Source: Perkinsus chesapeaki ATCC PRA-425 (taxonomy: Eukaryota; Protista; Perkinsozoa). Taken from it: a stretch of DNA of 64,000 bases. The position numbers and the translations under genes are program-made. Numbering within the stretch: position 1 is the stretch's first letter; each line of letters opens with the position of its first letter. The notes beneath the pieces were generated by a model. The model was not told where the DNA came from. It did not search any database and saw nothing but the letters and a program-made list of their open reading frames with translations. The DNA lies in NCBI GenBank assembly GCA_013115145.1, contig JAAPAO010000075.1:25518-89517 (forward strand). The letters run 5' to 3'. This document shows, piece by piece, positions 12,399 through 22,194 of the stretch.

Positions 12399-15300
12399 CT
12401 GCCACACGACAATGAAGACCAGCTAAGCGACAGCTAAATCGAGTACTCATGGCTGAGAAACGACCATACATAGAAGTGGTCACAGGAATCCACCTATCAC
12501 AGATGTCACATTGGACCCAACATTGGATCTCCTCGTCCTCACGCTCATAATACGGACATAGGTTGTAGACGCTCTGTAGAGGGGAAATATCTCTCAGACC
12601 ATGCCCTCCTTGACCTAATGACTTAATCTTCCTGAGAGAACCAGACACCCATTCTTCAATCTCATAAGGACCGGCAAACTTGAGAGAATGCTTGAAGTTA
12701 CTGGCCTCAGGACAATAAACAAGACACTTAGCACCAACCGGGAAAACGAATGGACCATGACGGACCCTTCTGCTCAACTTAACTTGTTGGACCTCCTTAA
12801 TGTCTTCCCAGAACCTTTGATACTGCTGGAGACGGAGTCCATACTCCTCCCGACGATGCTTATAGAGCTCCTCGAGAAAGACGTCTTCCTCGGGACATAA
12901 TAACTGACCGACTCCTCGCAACGCATCCTTCACCTCTTGACCCTCGGATGAGGTAGTTCGCCATGGTCTCAGCAGCTGGCGACCAAAGAAGAGATCACCA
13001 GGTCCGAACGAGAGACCAGGAAAGTAAGTGAGGTTATGAACCAGTTGCAGATCGTCGATCCACGTTGGCCATGACTTGATATCCTCACCAGATGCGTGCT
13101 TGGTTGCAAAATACTGCCTAAGATGTAGGTGACAGCGTTCCAGCCATCCCCCATAGCTCTTATGGTGGGGAGGTAACACTGCCACACGGATGTTCCTTAC
13201 CGAACACCACTCCTTAAAATGCTCGGACTTGAACCCACCATCGACCACGAAACATAGAGGCCACGAGATGTCAGCTAGAAGGGATTCTAGAATCTTCGTA
13301 GTCTCTGCCGTCTTTACGGTGCGACTCGCACGAAACCAAGTATAACCAGTAGCTGCACATACCACTGTCAGAACATGACGATAGTTTCCCTCGCCTGTCG
13401 GAAGGTTAGTGACATGATCCACTCCCAATATCTGTCCTGGAACAGTGGACTTCATCCGTAGGACTCCTACGGTTTTGCGCCACGCCACCGACGCATGAAC
13501 TCTTTGGCAAGGGTCGCAGCTTTTCAGACGGCTGCGGACGTAGCGATTCATACTTGGCCAATAATATTCCGCTTTTATCTCGCGGGATATGGCGTCTGCA
13601 CCAAGGTGTGTAGTGCGACTGTGATAATGGTCGATAACATCATAAATAAGGTTGTCCTTATCCACCTTTGGGTCGAGAACCACTTGATGCAGTACTTGGC
13701 CATCTGATGTAGTTCGGATAGCCCGACAGATCAGGTTATCTTCAACTACATGGTATTTGGTGGCATCTACTAGAAGTCGATGAGGAACCGAGCAATTAGG
13801 GGGACTTTTACCATTAACAATAAAATATTTTAAAGTAGACAAATAGGGTGACGTGTCTTGATGCACGCGTGCCCTTTGTCTCCACTCCGTAGGCGGACTC
13901 GTTGTGGTAGGGCCGATAGAAGTTTCGCTGCCGGCATTACTTACCACCGCCATGCATTGTAGGCCAAAGTCTTCCGCCGATAGACCAACGTCAGCACTGT
14001 GGGATGCCGCCTTCTGACCAGGGTCGTAGACCACCAAAGCAGAACCATTAGACCACTGTCTCGCGGTCTCCGCAGTCACCGACGTTGTAGGTTGAAAGCT
14101 TGATCTTGTAGGTGCATCTGCAAGATTAGAGGCAGACCTAACATGGGCCACTTTCCCTTGGAGGTTGGCTGTCCTCAATTTCTCGCAGACCACCCTTATT
14201 TCCCTAATCCATCTTTTCTCTAGACCTGACAGATCCTCGTCTAATTTGGGGCGTTTAAGACGCCACAAGCAGATGGCAGAATCAGTATAGAAGTAAACTG
14301 CTGATACGGGAATCTTGAAACTTCTACAGTTACCAAGTATCTCCATAGCTAGCCTGGTAGCCCTCCAGAGGGCATACAGCTCCTTTTTGGGTATAGACCA
14401 TCTGCATGTAGGAGCATAAATCCCAGCGATACTTCTCAAGGGATGTAGAGGACCATTTGTCGTTGATATTATAGGGCAGGTTGTTTGGGCACACCAAGCT
14501 CCCACTGAGCTATCAGAGAACGTATAAAGAATAGATAAGTTAAGTGCACGAGGAGTAGAAAAGGATGCTGACCTTACTGCATCATACCACTGCTCAACCT
14601 TTCCTTTCAGCTCCTCGGTGGCTGGTGTTTCCCAGTGTGGTAGCTCCTCATGTATTTGTGAGGCTAACTGGCGCGCACTCACGCCCACACCTATGAAGAA
14701 ACCAGCAATGTCATACCATACAGCTAATGCGCTGATTAACGACCTTTTGGTGACTGGTTTTGTGAGGGATAGCTGGGGCAGTTGCTGTATTATGAAATCC
14801 TTATCGACGTCCCAGATATACCCAAGATAAGATGTAGAACCAGAAGAGGAACCATCTGTGCTCACCCTTTTTAATGCTTGAAATATAAAGCCTTTTTCCT
14901 CGAAGCCCTCGACGACTACTTTTTCATTGCTATGAAGCTCGGACACTGTAGCACCTCTAACCCCAATATCATCTACAAATAGGGTAAAAGGCAGAGAGAC
15001 TTTGAGTTGCAAGGGCGGACTTCGTAGGGTTAATGACTCTTGTAATGATGCACTCGAAAAATTACAGCCAAAGGGTAAGCATAACCAAATATAGTGACCA
15101 CCAAAGGCATATATACCAAACCAGCATTGGCTAGACTCTGACAACTTGATGCAGTTGAATGCTCGCTGTAGATCCAGAGTCGTATAATGAACACTACTTC
15201 TCATAACTATTAAGACATCGGTTATGCGGAGCTTGCCTGCTGTGCTGCACTTGTGTGTATAATCATTTAAACGTCTTCCATCGACGGTGATCCTCACCTG

Positions 15301-17148
15301 GGTAGAGACCGATGAGGGCTTGTAGACGGGACGTAGAGGTAGATAGTAGGAGATATTATTTGGATGACACTCTCGAATGCGACCTAACTGTAACATAGTA
15401 TTTAACTCATTTTGAATGGCGTTCACATCGTCAGAAGTGGTGTGACGCAGGAGTGACTGGAAGCGACCATGTGCTTCCGCCTTGTTTAATTTAGGACGAG
15501 AAGATGTCTTCCAAGGAATGCTGACCTCAAAGTGATCGTCAAACTCTTGGACTGGAGCTGTAGGCTCGCCCGCAACCTCGTCGTCGCATTCATGATTTGA
15601 TAAGTCAGAAGAGGCAGCAGTATGGTAAGACTGAGAATCAGACTCAGTGTCATCAGAACCTTGCGTAAATCCAGCGATAACTCCGCAAGAAAAGACCGGT
15701 GCGCCCGAGGAAGATGGCTGTGAAGCTACGCCTCGGACGCCACTAGAGACTTTGGGTATAGAATCAGGACTTAATTCAATATTGATATGCAACTTACTGA
15801 GGGCATCCAAACCCAGAACGGCTTCGAACGCCAACTCACGGACCACCCAAAATAATAACAAGGAGCTAGTTTTAGATGTGCCAACATAACACAGAGTTTT
15901 CCCGATTAGGGGCATGGTACTTCCATTAGCCAAAGTGACATTACGGCTAGTTGGCAATTGTTCAATACTCAAACTAAGTTGTGTAGCTGCTGATAATGAG
16001 ATTAAATTGATTGTGCAGCCGGTGTCCAATAGACTCAGGACCAACTTACTGCTGGTGTCGTCAAGACCGCGATACTGGAGAGCTGCTGTTAGACTTCTGG
16101 TTGGCCTTTCGGGCACTGGCTTACTATCTCCATCTTGCACGACCATAACCAAGGGCCATAACTCATCTTCACCAGATTCATTGGCCTCATCAATGACCAC
16201 CATAGCAGAACCTTTAGCGTCACTGACACCAGTAGGGGCCTTCTTGGATGATTGTTCATGACGGAACTGACAACGGTCCCGATTACAGGTGCCGTACTGT
16301 GAGAATTGATGGCATATTCCCGCTGGCTTGTGCTCAGAGTTCGACGTAACTGAAGGCTTCGACTGACTGGGTGTTGGAACCGAGTGACTATAACGACACT
16401 TGTCGCCGTAACTACATACCCCTCTCAAGAAATGCCGGCATGTCTCCATCACTTTATGAGACTTATTTTTGTCGTTCTTGGGGGCGATTTTGTTTCGGGC
16501 TTTACTATTGCCCTTTGTCACTTTGAACTCATAGTACTCGGCCACCTCTTTCGCCTCCTCAAAGCACACGTACCGTGGACCTAGAAAGTTGTCAACTTTA
16601 TCATATATTGATGGTGCCAAACCATCGCGGAAGGCTCCGGCTTGGTCCACCTCACTTGGCTTGCTCCCGGTGGAGATGTGTATAATAGATGCCAATGACT
16701 TCACTCGATCAGCAAAGTCGTGAACAGTCTCACCAGGCTCTTGCTCGAGATGCTTCCACCTTTGGTTCATACCATAAGTGCGCCAGGACGCTTCATAACG
16801 GTTGTCTAAGCATTGCCAAACCTTCTCTTGGGAAATTCCCCCCAAATATGCAGATTGGACTTCGCTTAGTAGTGGTTGGTCCAAACACCTCATGAGGTAC
16901 TGAAAGCTCGCACCTCCTTTAAGCTCATATACTGCTTGTTGTTGTTGAACCAAGGTCTTAAACATCGGGTAAGGCATGTCTTGGCGTGGGCCAGACCAAA
17001 GGGGGTCTACACATACTGGGAGCTTGATAACATCGGCGATGGATATCCCGGTAGAATGTATCAATCCATCCCCTTCACTGGACGCAACAGGTGGTGACAT
17101 TGACGGATTAAGCACCAATAAAGATACTGCCATAACACATTTCCTCAT
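12388..17148 (-). CDS. Gag-Pol polyprotein: gag, 2x CCCH zinc finger, aspartic protease, RT, RNase H, integrase, C-terminal zf-CW-like finger
   Basis: 1586-aa ORF. CCCH fingers CRHFLRGVCSYGDKCRYSH and CHQFSQYGTCNRDRCQFRH; protease LLDTGC; RT YLPLRPVYKPSS, LDLQRAF, LPFG, FVDD; Pao-type LGYIWD and TKRSLIS; RNase H FSDSS, SIPKKEL, YTDS, NLADAPTR; integrase HHCC, VDH, VDGG, LER; C-terminal WVQCDICDRW...C...C. Confidence 0.95.
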   Translation of the reverse strand: MRKCVMAVSLLVLNPSMSPPVASSEGDGLIHSTGISIADVIKLPVCVDPLWSGPRQDMPYPMFKTLVQQQQAVYELKGGASFQYLMRCLDQPLLSEVQSAYLGGISQEKVWQCLDNRYEASWRTYGMNQRWKHLEQEPGETVHDFADRVKSLASIIHISTGSKPSEVDQAGAFRDGLAPSIYDKVDNFLGPRYVCFEEAKEVAEYYEFKVTKGNSKARNKIAPKNDKNKSHKVMETCRHFLRGVCSYGDKCRYSHSVPTPSQSKPSVTSNSEHKPAGICHQFSQYGTCNRDRCQFRHEQSSKKAPTGVSDAKGSAMVVIDEANESGEDELWPLVMVVQDGDSKPVPERPTRSLTAALQYRGLDDTSSKLVLSLLDTGCTINLISLSAATQLSLSIEQLPTSRNVTLANGSTMPLIGKTLCYVGTSKTSSLLLFWVVRELAFEAVLGLDALSKLHINIELSPDSIPKVSSGVRGVASQPSSSGAPVFSCGVIAGFTQGSDDTESDSQSYHTAASSDLSNHECDDEVAGEPTAPVQEFDDHFEVSIPWKTSSRPKLNKAEAHGRFQSLLRHTTSDDVNAIQNELNTMLQLGRIRECHPNNISYYLPLRPVYKPSSVSTQVRITVDGRRLNDYTHKCSTAGKLRITDVLIVMRSSVHYTTLDLQRAFNCIKLSESSQCWFGIYAFGGHYIWLCLPFGCNFSSASLQESLTLRSPPLQLKVSLPFTLFVDDIGVRGATVSELHSNEKVVVEGFEEKGFIFQALKRVSTDGSSSGSTSYLGYIWDVDKDFIIQQLPQLSLTKPVTKRSLISALAVWYDIAGFFIGVGVSARQLASQIHEELPHWETPATEELKGKVEQWYDAVRSASFSTPRALNLSILYTFSDSSVGAWCAQTTCPIISTTNGPLHPLRSIAGIYAPTCRWSIPKKELYALWRATRLAMEILGNCRSFKIPVSAVYFYTDSAICLWRLKRPKLDEDLSGLEKRWIREIRVVCEKLRTANLQGKVAHVRSASNLADAPTRSSFQPTTSVTAETARQWSNGSALVVYDPGQKAASHSADVGLSAEDFGLQCMAVVSNAGSETSIGPTTTSPPTEWRQRARVHQDTSPYLSTLKYFIVNGKSPPNCSVPHRLLVDATKYHVVEDNLICRAIRTTSDGQVLHQVVLDPKVDKDNLIYDVIDHYHSRTTHLGADAISREIKAEYYWPSMNRYVRSRLKSCDPCQRVHASVAWRKTVGVLRMKSTVPGQILGVDHVTNLPTGEGNYRHVLTVVCAATGYTWFRASRTVKTAETTKILESLLADISWPLCFVVDGGFKSEHFKEWCSVRNIRVAVLPPHHKSYGGWLERCHLHLRQYFATKHASGEDIKSWPTWIDDLQLVHNLTYFPGLSFGPGDLFFGRQLLRPWRTTSSEGQEVKDALRGVGQLLCPEEDVFLEELYKHRREEYGLRLQQYQRFWEDIKEVQQVKLSRRVRHGPFVFPVGAKCLVYCPEASNFKHSLKFAGPYEIEEWVSGSLRKIKSLGQGGHGLRDISPLQSVYNLCPYYEREDEEIQCWVQCDICDRWIPVTTSMYGRFSAMSTRFSCRLAGLHCRVAVSP

Positions 17149-17244
17149 AGACTGATACTTAATAGAAATAAGGGAACTTCTCGACTACTCCGCTGCGCTA
17201 TGCATATGCGTGCAACTACTATTGGCGCTCGCCTTATGGCGACA
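17057..17244 (-). repeat. 5' LTR (188 bp)
   Basis: Identical to 12211-12398. Confidence 0.97.
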
Positions 17245-18302
17245 ATACTGGCTCGGAGGGCAGGCTGATAATGTACCAGTAATCTCTTGCCTCTACCTGT
17301 AGCTATGCCTAAATGAAATCTTAACGATCACGGGATTGCTGGAGTGAGAGCTATAAAACTAGCCCGGAAGCATGCCATGAGCGGCTCAAGTTGAGCCTGC
17401 ATTGATAATTGCAATACTTGCAATCTTGCTACGTCTCGGAGTTCCCTAACGCTTGTCCACGGGTAGAAATTATGCGCTCCTCTCAGAACTATTTTTGCAT
17501 TGTGCTATCCGGCATCATATTTGGTAGATGCCTCAGGGAGTGTTAAAGCACAGACTTCGGGCGCGCGATCGTCACGCAAATAAGTGAACAACTATAGCGT
17601 TTGTTTGGTGAACAGCACGCATGCGCATAGCTGAAATATGATACTGTACGAAAAGATTCGTCGGCACACACCGTAACACATACAGTCCAAACTCGAATGT
17701 GATTGTTTAAACACTGTCATTTCTACGGGCAGAGTGTCTCTGGAAAGGTTTTATGAGTGGCGGTTTCCTAAGATGTGTTTTGTGCTGCTTCGAGGAGGAG
17801 GAGGTTCCCGAGGGTTCAATCAAGAGCGCTGCTACTTCTAGCCCGTCGTCTACTACCAGTTATGTAAGTTGTTCAACCAACACCTTTTTAGTCGGTTGTA
17901 CTGTTGATTAGACTGACAGTGAAGCATCTGTGACGCCTCGGATGTCTCTTATCGAACGAAGTACCGAAACCATTGCCGCTATTCTAATGATGTTGTCGTG
18001 GAGCAGGAATGTTCACCAACTACGGCACTTTAGCTATCACAGATTTGAACGAGAATGCAAACAATGTACGCACACAAGAAGGTCAGACAAATAGACCGCT
18101 AGGAGAACAATTTGCCTTTAAATTGCAGGCCATGAATCGACTCAGTCAGAAACTACTCTTGGAGTTACTACCCGCGAAAGGACGCCAACTTTCGCCGTTA
18201 TTCCTCAGAACATCTGAGTAAGTCTGTATCATACACGGTAGATAGGCGTATCTCATGTTCCTCTGGCCAGAGTATTAGTCGACGGACTACACTTACATTT
18301 AA

Positions 18303-18565
18303 GGCTGGGATTCAGGAAATGAGACTAGTTTTTCATCGAAAGTTTCGATTCGAAACCTACTGGAGATTAATGGATTGAATTCACATACATTTGGAGTGTA
18401 TGAATATCTCATGCTCCCCGTGAAGCTTTCAAATTGGGCTTTTCGTTGGTAATAATGACTTTTATTTCGTCTCTATTTCTGAATAGTAAATACCACTATA
18501 CGGTAAAACTCCGCTCAATTTCAGTAAACGAAATACAGACTTATTTCATTTCCTGAATCCCAGCC
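18303..18565. mobile_element. 263-bp MITE with 20-bp TIRs and TTAA target duplication (Kolobok-like termini)
   Basis: GGCTGGGATTCAGGAAATGA at 18303-18322 and its exact reverse complement at 18546-18565. TTAA at 18299-18302 and 18566-18569. Confidence 0.85.
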
Positions 18566-19222
18566 TTAAAAGTGTAGTACCAGGGCTGGGCTAGTCAGCC
18601 GGCCAGGCAGTGCATTACTGCTAGCTGGCCAACGAGGAGGTATCTTATGTTGGTGCGTGCTTCACCACTTACTCTAACACCAATCTATGACTCTTGCCGG
18701 TTTATATATTGCCGATACGATGTCTTGCCGTATTTACGCTGCAAGCTATTTGACATACTGTCTGTGACTACTGCGGATTACACTTGAAGTACAAACACGA
18801 CAACTGACTAGCGAGATGGGTTACATAGCGATTTGCATAAGTCTAGTATAGCCTTCCGATAGAATGTTATCCTGTCAAACACTATCATCTCCGAGCACTC
18901 CTAGATGAGTTGCTCATGTACCAACACAGCATTCCCTCTATGTCGATTTGGTGGGCATCTTCGCTTTCCTTAGGCCGACAATGCCAGGCAATTGGGCCCA
19001 TGGGTATCAAACCGTCACTGCAAAATTATACAAATCTTTTATGGATGTTCATGTCTGTCCTTTTGAATGAGAAATTGTCTTGTTGAAGTTTCAATCAACG
19101 TGAACATTTCCCGTAATGGCAATATTACGCATTTGCAGCTTATTGCCTCACGTCATGGGAATCATACAGTCTGGACACTTTGGAGCCTGGTGCGTTCTGA
19201 GGCGCCAAGATGAGGTTAAGAT

Positions 19223-21400
19223 ATGACACCTATGAACTTATCGCGGAACCCTTTGCAGGGTAACACATCGAATCTCGCCGTCTATCAGCAAACGGATAAA
19301 GAAAGAAGCGATCCTAGTCTGGACAAATGCAGTACAAATATTACTGACTTAGAGGAAGCATTCATTATGTTAGATGGAACACACACCGCCATTAAAACCG
19401 AAGAAACAACTGGCCAAGAAAGGTCGTCCGATCATCTGCAAGTAAGGCCCATCCTAGAATTGCTCTTTACAGTTGCGGCTTGGTCAGATCTACAAGGAGA
19501 TTACAGAAACTCCTAAGGCTGCTGATTTATTCCACGCACATGAGGGCACTCCTCGTAGCCAAGACTCCGCAACATCATCAGACGGACTAGGGGGTACTTC
19601 GACACGGTCCGTTACTGACACTGAGAGGGGTGAAGTCATCAGTGGGCTCACTTCACCGGAAGACTTCAGCTACGTTGCTGATTTTGAGATTAGCAGTCAT
19701 GAAGATGGTCCCAGCCTCCTTCCAAGCGAAGATCCCTCCGGCGACGACGTTTCCGAATTTCAGAGTCCACCGGCTGCAGTAGAGCCTGCGAAGGCAACTC
19801 ACGCTGTGGTCGTTGATGTCGATGTGGTGCCACCTGTTGACAAGGTAGGAGTGGACGAAGTGTCCCTCCTTGAGACCAGAGATCCGCGCGACGCTGAGGA
19901 GCAACAATGTGTTTGCCAAGTTTCGAGATCCAATATTAAGCCAATGTCTGGTAAGTCGCTGCGTTTGACCATTGGCACTCTCTGAAAACGTCGCGTTGAA
20001 CACTTTCTGAGTTCTCCGTATTTTTCGCAGAGTCGGTCTTTTGCCTTAGACGGAAGAAGTGTCTGTTCTGAAGCACAGGCTCATCCCAAGACGCCCTCTG
20101 TTCGTCGCAATCGCCGGCGAGTGTGTCGAAGATAGGAAGGATATAGTTCATGTTACTTTATGAAGCATATTGTTACTTAGCTGTCACTTCACAGCAATGA
20201 TCTTCATGCCAATAAAAGTGAAACGGTTCGTTCATTTTGTCGAGTTGTCGGCTCCTACGCCTTTCGTTTGTTCTCCGCACCCACACACTCCAGGGCGAAC
20301 CTTTGTGGTCTTGAAAGTTCACGTCGAAGAGCAACTCCGATCCATGCCGTCTGCACTCGAAGAAAACGAGGAAAACAACTCGAAGCTCGCATCGTACTCG
20401 TCCGTAGCTATCAGGAGGCTGCGGCAGAGCGTGAGGAGTCACCAGCCGTTCGCATCCTTGACTGTAAGATATCTTCTAGGTTGATGGATCGTCTTCCACC
20501 ATAGAACAGTTCCTAGAGACTCTGCTTGACTACAGCAAGGCTTTACATATTCTAACTCCAAAGCTAAAGTTAAAAGACGACACTAAGAAATATCTTAGGT
20601 TGGTCCATGCACCTCTTCCAGAAGTTAGTTATGTGAAGCGGGCCTCCACCAGGATTGATTATTATCCCCCTCAAGCTCGAGAAGCCTTGAGGCTCGTCAG
20701 GAGTCGCTTGAGCGACTCTGAAGTGGCAGAGCTCCTCAAGCGCTGGGCTTTGCGGGTGACCGATGGTATGTTTCAAGGAGACGCTGACAACACTTTTACG
20801 GCAAGCCGAAGGGTGAAGGATCTCTTTCGGAAGGGCTTTCGAGCAACCTTCTCTTGACTTTGGCAGGTGGAGCAGCAGCTTCTTGTAAGTGAACTGTTAG
20901 TAGAAGTAACCGGTGAGGATGCCAAGGCACAGGACATTATCATAGCTGCTATCATCGAGTGCTTATTGCTGCATACTAATACCGACACCAAACTGGGCGA
21001 GGATCTGTCCCAAGGTATGGGAACACTCACATTAATAACTCGGTGTTCGACACTGGAATTCAATTTGGTAGAAGCTGCGGACCCCAAGAAGCTGCATTAC
21101 TGCTGCAAGAAAAGTTTAACTACCGCATTAAAAGTTGCACGATTTCCTTCTTGTAGGGGAAACTGCTGCCACCTGTGAGAATCTCCTGGCCTTATCTCGA
21201 CTACTTTGTCGACTTGTACATATTGTTGGACCTGAAAGGTTGGGATCCTTAACGACTGAGCCCTCGTGGATCGAGCCCTTGGCGAAACTCAATACTAGAT
21301 TAGTCTCCTACAAGCAGGTAAATGTTTTATACCTCCCTTATGCGAGTTTCTGTTTCAGGACTTCCCACAGGCCATTGGTTTAATCCTACTGGCTCTTCCC
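19223..21400 (+). CDS. Multi-exon hypothetical protein (acidic N-terminal part, helical C-terminal part)
   Basis: Successive plus-strand ORFs can be joined by short GT-AG introns; e.g. 19442-19487 joins HLQ to IYKEITETPK in frame. No family recognised and the 3' end is uncertain. Confidence 0.45.
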
Positions 21401-22194
21401 TTGACCGAAGCCAATCAGTACATCGATAATTGTCGAGATGAGCAAGTTGCCTCCTTAATTGTACCGTCTCCTGTGAGGGTCGGAATTTCGCCTTATTTTC
21501 TCGTTGCTACTCGTTGGCTTTCTGTCTATAGTCATTATCACCGAGTATCTTTCGTGGTAGACTTTGCCATGACACGGTTTTCTGTGACGGTTTGAATTCA
21601 GGGGGCCCACCAGATCCAACGGTACAATTGGGCAGCTTCTTCTCGAGACACTATGCAAGACCTTGCCCTAGCTGAACATGCATCCCGAGTTGTCGACAGA
21701 TTGAACATCAATGCATGAGTAGTTGGCGTGTGTAGGGTTTCCTCTAACCTCGGCTTTCCGGGGTACGTTTGTCTTTAATTGCGTTAACCGAGTATGACGA
21801 TCTTATATGCGAGCTAGGGGATAGTCGATCGCCGGAGACACGCGATAACGCCCCACTGCCTCAGGCAGCCTGCCTGTGTAATACTTAGCAATCGTTGAAC
21901 GCGTCTCCCACACGATACGACATTATCGAACAGTACTCAAACGCAACACGGCGAATAGGGAAAAGGATGGGCCTTGAAGGCAGTACCGGGCTACAAAAGC
22001 GATTGGGCTAACCGTATAGAAGAAGTTACCATTGCCATAGCGACCGAAGTCTCATGAGATAGGTGAGGTAAAGTGTGTTTACAGCAGCCAGCCTTAGACA
22101 GGTGGCAGCAGCAGCAGCCTAAGATGGTTGTTTGCCATCAGAATACAAAGAATAATGGCAAACCATTTCCAACGGATGCTCGGTGGATTATCCG

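Larger units (their letters stand above)
12211..17244 (-). mobile_element. Intact LTR retrotransposon with BEL/Pao-type RT-RNaseH, 4-bp TSD ATAC
   Basis: Identical 188-bp direct repeats (TG...CA) at 12211-12398 and 17057-17244. ATAC flanks both sides (12207-12210, 17245-17248). Single gag-pol ORF. Confidence 0.97.
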
